DNA of 64,000 bases, taken from contig NC_081396.1 of assembly GCF_030684315.1 (NCBI RefSeq), forward strand, positions 3,410,001-3,474,000, in the 5' to 3' direction. Under the pieces are notes generated by a model. It saw only the letters and a program-made list of their open reading frames with translations. It was not told the DNA's origin and ran no database searches. Each line of letters opens with the position of its first letter. Positions within the stretch are counted from its first letter, which is position 1. Positions 12,317 through 23,399 of this stretch are shown piece after piece. This DNA comes from Stegostoma tigrinum. Lineage: Eukaryota. Both the position numbers and the translations under genes were made by a program.

Positions 12317-12939
12317 AATAAGTTGAGGTGTGTAGTGTTTGGAAACGTGTGAGACTTCTGAAATCCTGTAAAGAATGTAACTTCTGTTTCTGCTAAATGG
12401 GCCAGGGCACTGAATATTTTTTTTTCAAGCCAGACACTTTGGCGTCTTGAAGTTACATTCTTTCAGTTCAGCTACTTGAAATCGTCTCCTGCTCCGAGCA
12501 GTCACTTCACGAATGATCGATACTGCATCCTGCTGTCTGCATGTTTTTCATGTTGTAATTGTTTGTGTATCATGTCATTGCCCGATGTAGAGATTGTTTC
12601 ATGCAACATGCCATTGTGAGATGTAAAGTTGCTTTGTCTGTTATGCGCTCGATAAGGTATAAAAATTGGGGACTGTCCACTGCTCGGGGACAATCGCTTC
12701 TGAGACTCTGCACTCTGTGCCAGGTTGAGTACAGTGATCCTCCACAGATTGTACTTGCTTCCTAATACTGGATTTGTGTTTTTTTCTAAACAGGTCAGTG
12801 TCTTGTTGTTGCATCAAGTACGTCAAGGTCTCCGAAAACAAACATATCAATAAATGGTCCCTATTATCAGTTTTTCTTGCTCCCCAGCTCACCATTACGC
12901 ACAATGTTTGTCTGCCCAGCTGCTGTTCTCTTTGAGGTC

Positions 12940-13510
12940 ACAGAACATAGAACATCGAACACAGAACAATACAGCACAGAACAGGCCCTTCGGCCCTCGA
13001 TGTTGTGCTGACCGGCAAAGTAATCTAAGCACATCCTACTTACACTATCCCATCATCATCCATTTGCTTATCCAAGGACTGTTTAAATGCCCCTAATGTG
13101 GCTGAGTTAACTACAATTGCAGGCAGAACGTTCCAAGCCCTTACCATGCTCAGAGTAAAGAATCTGCCTCTGACATCTGTCTGATATCTATCACCCCTGA
13201 ATTTGTAGCTATGCCCCCTCGTACAAGCTGATGTCATCATCGTCGAAAAAAGACTCTCACTGTGCACCCTATCTGATCCTCTGTTCATCTTATATGTCTC
13301 AATTAAATCCCCTCTTAGACTTCTTCTCTCCAATGAGAACAGACCCAAATCCCTCAGTCTTTCTTCATAGGGCCCTCACTCCAGACCAGGCAACATCCTG
13401 GTAAATCTCCTCTGCACCTTTTCCAATGCTTCCACATCCTTCCTGTCATGGGGCGACCAGGACTCTGTGCAATATTCCAAATGAGGCCGCACTAGCGTTT
13501 TATATAGATC
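12940..13510 (-). mobile_element. CR1 LINE 3' end
   Basis: LYKTLVRPHLEYC..LEKVQRRFTRMLPGLE and LGLFSLERRSLRGDLIETYK..WNVLP; (AGAACAT)n-type tail. Confidence 0.9.
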
Positions 13511-15044
13511 CATCTCAATCTGTCTCCATCTTACTAAATGCAACCATCCATGGCTACCCGACTTTCCCGTTTCCTTTGCATACAGATCTCTGTTTCCAGG
13601 TGCATTTGGCTCTGAAGAAGCATCACTGTACCGGAAATATTGAGGCTGTTGAATTTCCAAAGATGCTGTCAGGCCCCCTTAGATCCGAATCAATTTCTAT
13701 TTCAGCCTTTTTTTGAATTTTGTTGGAATGATAACACTGTCGTCTATGTGTTTATTTCTAACAGCCAGAACTCCAATTCGTTGTAAATTCTTTCACGATG
13801 TTACCGCATTTCAGGACCAGATGTTGAAATACTTGCTTCATCCCCACAGGCATTCATCTTTTTGAGGTCACCAATAGTAAGATCCAATTTTCTCCGAGAC
13901 TGTCAGGCAAATCCGGTTTCCAAATGAAGGGGAATTTCAATCAATGAGGGATACATGGGCTCATGCACCCCAATAGTTGGATAAACAGCCTCTGGCTCTC
14001 AGCACTCATCCCACTCAGGTCATTCTCTTGGCATGGGGATGATATCAATCACCCAAGGTCCACACTGACGAGGAGCATGCGCAGCAGAATGGGAGTAAAG
14101 CCTCCAAATGTGAGGGAGGATTGAGGCTATCAGTTGAATGAGAAGTTTCAGTAACACCTCGGGGAGGTTGCCAGGCCTGATTGTCAATATGCTACTACTT
14201 CCTGGTGTAGAGTTTGTCAAAGAGAGCAGGGCCGGAATTTCCTGGGTGAGGTCTGAGGCCTCGAATAAGAGCATCTCACGTTGCGACTGTACCCCGCCGG
14301 CCTGACTGGCGGCTATCGTAGTGAGAACACCATCAAATGCCATTTCTGTGACAGAATTCCTATTTTGTGTCAGTCTTTTGCGTCATTGAGAGTTTGCTAA
14401 ATTCACTCTGAGACAGCTGACTCTGAGTTTAGACTATGATCCCTAAAAACATGAAAAGGGAGTGAGAGTGGCATCCAGGATTAACAAAAACAAAACCAAT
14501 CATCGTATATAAATTAACCCAAACGAATCTGTCAATTGTTGGGGATGGAGATGAAGCATGCAAGATGTCAGTCACCTGGTGTGAAAATCCTTTGTTCATT
14601 GGTTTACTTTTCAGTTTGTCGACCAACTGGAGAAATGAACCCAAACATGGAATAGGATTGGAGAACACTGAGATTTGAGGAAGGAAATAATGGGAATGGA
14701 TTTGTATCTCAACCCATAGAAACTAGCATTGTCTCATTAGTCGTCTTTTTTGATCCTGTCGTTATATTGACGTCTTTTGTAAACTCCTTTCATCGAGTGG
14801 TGCAAGCTTTAGATGGAAACGCAAACCAAAGAATGCATCAAACTTTGACCGTCTCCTTAGTTATCTGGGTCTGAATGTCATCGCTCTTTATATATGATAC
14901 AACTAATATTTGTTCGTTCTGTCTGTGCGAAAACTGTTCAAAAATCAGCAAATTCTGTGACGTACACACACAATTCAATGCGAGGTTTCGACCTCACTGT
15001 ATGTGGAAACAGTTTTAATTGGCAATATTTTAAAAAAAATCTTG

Positions 15045-15345
15045 TGCTGTTCACATTCACAAGAAACTAAGTGTTCTGACGGTAAATGAGGCTTCATCTG
15101 ATCATCCAATCTGCAGGGACACCTGGAAACCAGCAAAATGAAGAAACTGTGGTAATGTAATGATTATGGGAGAGTATTTAATTATCCATCCAGGTTACTA
15201 AAGGTTGACCACAGACATAAGGAGACCAGCACCACACCATATCCATGGATCTGTGAGCACAGTCAAGAATGCGATTGTCATTCCTTTCTGGGATATTCAC
15301 ACAGTGAAATGAAGATGAAGTCATTTACTTGCTCTGTGTGTGGGA
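15045..15345 (+). pseudogene. Possible highly decayed Ig-superfamily/TCR V-domain remnant
   Basis: AVHIHKKLSVLTVNEASSDHPICR..KLW*..DIHTVK.EDEVIY.CSV gives roughly V-set spacing of C, W and DxxxYxC; no RSS found. Confidence 0.3.
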
Positions 15346-17700
15346 AGGAATTTATTAAGTCCAGCATCCTGCTGTCATATGTGTGTTCTCACATTCAAGA
15401 TTAGCCATTCTGCTGCACTGTCTGTGGAAGGAGGTCCAGGCGGTCATGTGAATTCATTACTTAGCAGCGAATTGGCACTGGAGAGAGGCCATTCACCTGC
15501 TCAGCATGTGAAAGAGATTCGCTCAGTCATCCAATCTGCTGAGGGTCCTCCCTGAGTATGCTCACAAATCAGACAATGTACCATGGCATGTAAACAACAC
15601 AAAATGTGATTTTTAAAAAAATTACTGCTGGAGGCAACACATACACCAAAATATGTTAAAATGAAATTTAGAATGAAGTCTCTGATCTCACCTGGAAAAC
15701 AGCGTCCACTTTCAGACCTTTTTTTTTGAAAGAAAGGAAAGTCATGAAACAGAGGCAAAACAAAATCACCGTGCTAAAGCGCTGTTTCCGGGGTGATGAG
15801 CTTTGCGAAGGCTGGCCGATCCTCCACTGTTTAACAACAATTTTCAATTTGGTTGAATTCCATAAAATGCCACTGCGTTTTAGTGGAGTTGTACAGGGAG
15901 AACCTGCTTCTATTGAAGAAGGATTGTAAACATTCAGACGTCTGTCAAATATAACTGGCAATTAGAACAACTCAAAATTAGATAAAGTGAAGCTTATTTT
16001 AATGCAGTGACTGTTTCAGAGAGTTAAACCTGCTGCAAACTCCGCTGTGAACTCGGGATTATGCGCGGCACTCAAAGGTATTGTAGCCTGGCGAGATGGT
16101 TTGAAACAATATTTGTGATTTATCAGCAATGATGTAGGTGTCTGTGAAAAAAAGTAACCAAACAAATCTGTTCGAGCATCTCCCATATTTTGCAGCACAG
16201 CTTCTATTGTCAGTTTCTACTTAATGCTTTGTTTCCAATCAATGCCTTTGTCGTTTCGGTTTCCACACTGTAAATCTGTTAGCGTACATCTTTTCTACAC
16301 TTCGCACGTTTAAAAATTCCAGCGGTGGTGAAAGTATGTGACTTTTGCTCCAATAGTTTGGAAGAGTCTCTCTGTGTACCCAATTTAATTCAAAGATCAA
16401 TTTCTCTTTTTTGAATTTGCATGTGTGTAATGGTTGTATGTAGTAAAGTTGATCATTAATCTCTTGTCATGATATAAGGTTCAATTTTAAGGATTAAATG
16501 GTAATTTGAGAAAATTACGAAAATGCCAGAAATAATTATCTAGCTTTTAGTGCTCCAGCCAGACCATGACATCAGATCTAGCCGAAGAAAATCTTCATTG
16601 TTTGGTGTTTTGAAACAGCCGGTTTCATAAGAAATTTGTATTACATGCGTAGCTCCCGCGTAAGTAAAATATAACGAATGTAGAAAGGTTCAGTGCATAT
16701 AGAACAGGCAGTTTCCAGACTCTGAGAATGTTTCCTTTTTTGACGCTGAATTATATCTTGTGCCCCATATGTCTCAATGTATCTGTATTCTTGAGTGAAT
16801 GTGATACTTGTGGCTGATTAACATTTAATTGGACATGTTTGGTCGAAATGTATTCATTGGGAACTCATGGTCTACCGACGTTGGATGCCTTGTGGTTTTA
16901 GACAGAATCCAGTGAACTTTTAACTCCATTGCGTGTCTTTCGCAGCTTTCTTGTCAAACAATGGTCGTGATGTTTTTATAAAGGCTGTGACCTTTTGTGT
17001 ATCAGAGGAAACATTGATGGCCTCGTTGCACTTTCATTCTGCCTGCAGATTATCCTATCAGACATATCGAGTGAAAGATGAGTTTACATTAATCGGCCAC
17101 AAGTTAGAGAAGCATTAACTGAAATGAATTCATGAAACGAAATCTGACATAAGTGTGTAGCATTTGACTGGAATCGGATCTAGGCGGACAAACTTGGGAA
17201 AATATATCATTACTGTTGGCCCTTGAAGTAAGAATTAAACAATTTCAAGTTTCATACATATTCATTCCACATTTCTTTACCGTTTCAGACAGCATTTTTA
17301 TCGAAACGTTTCTGTTAAAATTACCAAAAAATAACATAATTACCCGATGCCACATTGAGGTGATAATGCATGACCTCTGAGCTCAATAACCAGAAGAAGA
17401 AAACATGGGGTCAACATAAAGGACAGACATCAATTCGGATCAAGAATAACAAGAAAAAAAAGCACAAGTTGACTTCAAACAACTGGAAACCTACAAATTA
17501 TTGAAAAAAATAGCTATTTCGACAATATGAAACAAGGTTATTTGGAAAACCCATAGAATATTTTCTCAGTTACTCACATAAACTATTTTTTTTTTCCTCA
17601 CTGCTAGTGTCGACAGCAGGAGCGATTGTACATTTGGAATTCAGTGGCCTCGATAAACGTAAAATTTATTCAAGGAATTTCCTTGGGGTCACAAATTCAT

Positions 17701-17709
17701 TCACTTGAC
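17701..17709 (-). pseudogene. IGHM: Remnant TM2 exon (VK*)
   Basis: ttttttcag|GTC AAG TGA, identical to the functional TM2. Confidence 0.85.
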
Positions 17710-17848
17710 CTGAAAAAAGAATGTTTAGGTAATGATTTAGATGTTTATGATCAGAACATACAGGTTTTAATTTTAATTCAATGACACACATCAAGATTTC
17801 ACGAGCCACAATGGCCTGGTGATGTGTGAAAGATTTCATTCTTCTCAC

Positions 17849-17965
17849 CTGCACCAGTGTGACAGCAGCACGAGAGAAAATGGTCAGGAAGAAAAAGGTG
17901 ATGAATGTCGAAGCAGAAGATGTTATCATCCTCAAAGTCTTCAATCCAAATATGATCTTTCAAAT
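17849..17965 (-). pseudogene. IGHM: Remnant TM1 exon, frameshifted
   Basis: 117 nt versus 128 nt in the functional copy; AG/GT sites intact; DLKDHIWIEDFEDDN followed by the frameshift; FYS changed to FSR in the ancestral frame. Confidence 0.88.
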
Positions 17966-20760
17966 CTATGAATTTAAAGCCAAGATAACGGAATTAGAAT
18001 GTTCATTTATCCAATCCGATGTATCTTTATCTAAATAATGTAATCAGGGTCCATAACACATTCTTCAAACCGTCAGGTTGTCCTCAAATGTGTTACTTGA
18101 TCTCTATCTATTATTGTGTCAGTTACTCTCAGCAATAACTTGCTAACACTAATTGCACACGTTCTTCCTTTGTTTTCCATGTCTCAACATTTTGACACAT
18201 TTTTTCATTTAAACTGTTCTGGGAGAACATAATTATTGTTATCATTCCGGACATACTGATTGGGAAAGATGATATTAATTCTCTCAATATTTTTTCAATA
18301 CAGGCTTTTACAGCTGTTACGTTGAAAATTGTGGCCATCACTGAAGATGATTTCAAATGTGATTATTCATCTTCTTTATTTATATGCGTTCAATTGCTTG
18401 AAAAATCAGAAGCAAAACTTAGATCCAGGGCAAGATTTTTTTTCACTGTGAACTTTCCCTAATTTTATTTCAGTCTGTCACTTACTGTGCATTTTTTTTT
18501 CTTTATTGTTTGGTTATACGGTTATCAGGTTCTCTTCCTTCGCACTTGTCCACATTGAAGCTTGTGCATGATTGAACATATTCCTGTTGCCTTGTTGCTG
18601 GTATGATCATTCACATCTTTGTGCTTGTGGAGGTAAATTGTGTTCATTCCACAATGTGTCAAAATCATTTTTTTGACACGTCACTTCATTTGGTGATACC
18701 TATCTTTATTTTTTCATGACTTTGAGTTTTTTTCTTTTACGTCGTGCTCCGGAAAATGTGTGTTAATGCATCGATTACAGATTCTACCAGGCTGAAATTA
18801 TTTTCACGTTTACACTCCATCAATGTGTTAGTTTTTTATGTACCTTAATGTTTTGCTTGATGAGTATATTTAAGTGATGATATGGTTTCCTTGGGAATGC
18901 ATCCTAAACCATCTTCTGATAGGATTTCTTGTGCTGTTGCACCTGAATGTTTACTGATGTTGAGCCATTCCCCTTTTGTTGCAAATACCCGACTGTGTGT
19001 TGAAATATGCACTTCTGTGTCTGCACGTGAGACTCATGAATTGTGTTTAAAAGTGTCCGTGTTTATGCGCTGATCATTGATGGTTTAAAAGATGCCACTA
19101 AGCTGCCTCTTTGTTCATATGACTATATTTCTTCAAGTGAGGTAATAATGAGATTAAATTTATCTCTGTGATCTTATATATGTGCGTGTGAGTGAACCTG
19201 TGGGAGGATATGGCTCGGATATTTATATCTGTTTATAATTGCATGTCTGTACGTATGAATATATGAAAGGATATGGATTCATGAACATTTGTGTGCTGAA
19301 ATGTATCTATGATTTCAAGTTCATGTGGAGTTACCATTTTTTGTTTGGGTGTGTTTCTTTCCATGCACTGGATGTTTTTGTGAGAGTCTATGTGACAGCT
19401 CATAGATCATATGCAAATATTCCTCTCTGCATGTATGCATATGTGACAGCTTATCTGTATGTGCATTTATATTTGCACATATGTATGTCCCTTTCGGCGA
19501 AAGCTTATGGATGTGTGTCTTCAGAGCAGTTGTGGCTGTCTGTATCTGTGTTTCTTTCTGCTCTAACACAGGCTGTGTTTTATTTTTCATTATTTTGCAA
19601 TTTTAATTGATTTGCAATGACTATTTCTGATCCTGATGGTATAGGGAACATTTCTCGTCTGAATTAAAGATAATCACTTTGTGATTGACGTTTGATGCAA
19701 AGGCAGAATTTCTGTCTCTGTGATGAAAGACCTGAGATCAAATTTCCACGACTCCAGAGATGTGAAGCAACATTTCTGTGTATGTTGGATATAAAATATG
19801 TCCAAGGTAATTGAAAGAAGATGACATCCGGTGTTTGTACAGCAGAACTGATACCACGGGTTCAAGGAATTTTAGTCAAGTCTGTGGAAAATAGCTACAC
19901 TAATGCTTATTTGGTTTTGTATGATGCGGAATCAATGTTAACAGATGATTAATGGAACAAGCATGTCCAACATACTTCAAAGGAAGTATGTGGCATGGAA
20001 AAATTAACTCATTGTTCAGTCAGGAAGAAACTGACTGTTCCTGTTCGGTACAAAATCACATAACAGAGGGTGTACAACGTGAAAACTTGGAGAGTGGAGT
20101 AAGCTGAGAGCTCGTTAATTGTATTCATTTCTCCGTCTGCTTGACAAGAACAAAATTTCTTTTTGTTATCTTTGGTGTGGAATTGAAGATACATTCTGTC
20201 AAGTGGTGCGCTGCTGCAAGATCACTGGACGCCCCAAGTTAAAACAGAAAAATTCAAGTCATTCTGAACCCTATAAAATAAGTGTCCAAGTCAATGCTAA
20301 CTTTTCAGTGTGTTCCAATAAAAAATAATGTTAAAATTCTCTGAAGTTGATCTTGCCAGTTAATGCAGTGTGGCAGTTTAACGCTGGCATGAAATTTACA
20401 GATATGTCTCATTGAGGACTCATCAAAACAAAGATCATAATTGGTGCTGTTCATTTGTGATGAAATGGGCATTGCAAAATTTCGTCGCTTTGTGATTGAA
20501 GTTGCAGAAGGTAATTTCTAGAATCCTGCAATGAATGAGCATCAGTCTGTCACTGAAAAGGACCAATCTAAGCAGGGAGCATTAACTGCGCAGGCTAAAG
20601 TACTGGAACTGCTAATTATCGACATTACCTAGAAGGACAGAATATTATAAAACGTGGGAAATCAATCAATCAATTAAACGGTTGTCTATTTAGAGAACAA
20701 TTGGAGGAAAGAAAACAGTTTATTATTTTTATTGAATTCTTATGTGTATCCTTGAGACTT

Positions 20761-21099
20761 TCATTGGCATGAATTTATGGTGTCCATCAGTGCAAGCGAA
20801 ATATTCACAAAACTCGGTTTCCCGCTTGATTTATCAACTGTTCTGTTGATGATCTTCAATGGGATCACTTCGTGTCCCACCACACAGTGGTAAGAAGCAC
20901 CGCTGGCACACTCCTCCGCAGCAATGGATAATAGGATGTATTAGAAGAAGGAGGTGTTATCGCTCTCTGTCGTCACCTCGGTGTTCATATTGTTCGTCGG
21001 ATTAACCGGCTTGTCATTGGTTGTCCACTTGACGAAGCTCTTTCGGGGCCTGAAACCTCTCACTAAACAGTTGAGTGTCTGTGCGGACACTTCTTCTGT
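20761..21099 (-). pseudogene. IGHM: Remnant CH4 plus secretory tail
   Basis: 22 mismatches in 300 nt versus 36581-36880; in-frame TAA at 20941-20943; 9-nt deletion; internal TM donor GT changed to GG; 5' end and acceptor missing. Confidence 0.93.
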
Positions 21100-21159
21100 T
21101 CGAATGGCCTCTTCTGTGCTGCATTGTTCCATGTTCTGTGTCAGCAACCAGTTCTCAGT

Positions 21160-21285
21160 TCTGCACAAGGGCCACCCGTCTGAAAATGTTAAGTCTGCTT
21201 TTCTTTTATCACAGATGCTTCCAGACCTGTGGGCTTTTCCAACTGATTTATTGCTTTCACAGCTCTTTCTGGTTTATTTTTCGGA
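21160..21285 (+). mobile_element. Penelope-like pLTR fragment
   Basis: GAAAATGTTAAGTCTGCTTTT..ACAGATGCTTCCAGACCTG resembles the terminus of the element at 61800-61900. Confidence 0.5.
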
Positions 21286-23399
21286 GTAGAAGTGCAATTA
21301 TACGTGAAACGTGAATGAAAGGAAAACCTGAAATGAGAAAAAAAGTTAAGTCTAATGGCAACAATGTAACCAGAGTCATTCGAAAATACAAAAATAGCCT
21401 CTTTGACCATGTCCATTACCAAGGAAATCTGTAGGCATTACTTGGTCTGGCCTTCATGTCACTCCAGACGCACAGTAAAGTAATTGCCTGCTTTCTGGAG
21501 GGGCAGTGGCAAACTCCTGAATGGGTGACTTGGGATAATGACGCATTATTGCCGAGACAGCAATGTCGACATTCCATAATTTAATAAAATAAAATATGAA
21601 CGTGACTAAAACTCAATAAACAATATCAATTAATTTAAATTGCTGTGGCAGGTCCTAATGTCCTTTCAAGCATTTTTAATGGAAACTCTGACACGAACTT
21701 TGAGCGATGTTGAGCTCTTGGAAATGTTTTGGTCAAAACGGATTAAAGTGTAATGAACTGAATGTTCAAAGTAAATCCAATTGCACAGAAGCGTTTACTT
21801 AAGTGTGGCTTCAAAATATTCCTGACTGAATTCCTAACTAAAATTAAACTGATAAAATTCGAGCCTACTGTTTGGAAATAAATGGCATTTGTTGCATTTA
21901 ATTGTCAAGAAATTTGCATTCATTTCTGCTCACTGTCAACATTCTTAAAATGAACTTGTTTCGATTTGAAACTGGCCGATAAATAACTTCGATCAACTGC
22001 ATTTGTCTCCATCAGCAGTTCTTTGTAGCTGCTGAAGCGTTTATGTAAATAAATGCAGAAATAGAACTCTCAGAATAGATTATACAGCAACAAAAACACA
22101 ATTTATCCGTTCCCACAAACACAGCACACTCTTTGAATATGAATTGACGTGAATGTGTTTGAGCACACATTGTTTTATGAGAATACAACCAAAGTAATAT
22201 CAGTTTTCACCGTCAACCAAAACATGCATCTCGAATTGCAAGATACATTGGCACAGCCAATGCTTCTATCTCTGCCTTTGTATCTCTCTCTTTCGCACTT
22301 CTCATCCGATTTTCTCGCCTCCATTCTTTGTTTTGTAACGACGTGTTTTGCTGATCCCCCATCGGAAAATGTTTTCCTCCATAACATGAAGTTGATGTAC
22401 AACTAACATATCCTCTCAGTCCAAGTAATGCGTCGATATTCGAGTCTCTTGAGGAAGGTTTTCTCGAAAATCTATCTTTGTGTATCCAGCAATCTTGAAT
22501 TGCTTAACAGGAACGGATGGAGTGGCCTTTAAACAGGATCTAATCTGTCATGTGTTGAGAAGGTGAGGCTTTACTGTGATAGTGTTGAAATGGCTTTTCA
22601 TTGTGTCTCATCAGTATTTCTAATAGCTGAAGAATGCTTGATGGCTCAGTGCAATGCACGGTTAATCTATTATTAATCTTTCCTGCATATCTCATGGAAT
22701 GTTGAAAATTAAAGTGAATTGGGTATTTACTCCTTGTCGAGAATGTGGTGTACATGCCCGAGGAGTGTTTGCGTTAAAGGGAATGTTGAAAGCAATTCGA
22801 CTCTGCATCTAAGTCAGATTATATTTGACTTGATTGTGTTAATCTGAATAAAATAGAGGAATATTTCTTCTCAACATACTGTGACCGTGCAATCACTACC
22901 AGCATCTGATGCAACAATGTTAACACTTCTTTCGCTCCTGCCATTGTTTCCTGGTTTCGCCATGTTTGATATCAGAAAAAACAGGGACAAATTCCCGCAT
23001 CAAACTTTTACATTGCAAAGTTCGGTCTTGTGTTTGTAGAGCTACATGATATATGATATGTGTAACATGTGTACATTTCATGCCTAAAGGCCAATTGTGT
23101 GTGACATAGGTTAGTTTATGTGATTTTGATCTGCCTTTCACCTTATCTCTTTGTTTTGCTTTGTTTGACGAATATTCAACAACAGTAAAGGTATATAGGT
23201 TTAGTTGTTATTTTCGAGAAAGGATGCAATCTCACCAAAGTGGGAGAGGGAAGACCAATGGATGATGCTAGGAGGAGTATATTTTTCAAGAGGAAGTGAA
23301 CGTGAAGAGCCTCGTTTGTTCTTGTAAAACATGAAACTCAGGGTAAATATGAAACAGGATTTTCATAATTCTCACTGGCAAACTGAGAGCAAATGTCAT

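Larger units (their letters stand above)
17030..21100 (-). pseudogene. IGHM: 3' remnant of a second IgM heavy-chain gene (CH4/sec-intron-TM1-TM2-3' flank)
   Basis: Colinear with ~32594-36930 throughout (offset ~15.6-15.8 kb). Confidence 0.93.

Noticed and set aside
19180-19610. 123-aa ORF and similar ORFs at 34.7-35.1 kb
   Set aside because: They arise from a decayed TG-rich low-complexity tract; frames are not conserved between the two paralogs.
20883-20889. Perfect CACAGTG inside pseudo-CH4
   Set aside because: No nonamer at 12 or 23 nt; a chance product of two substitutions.
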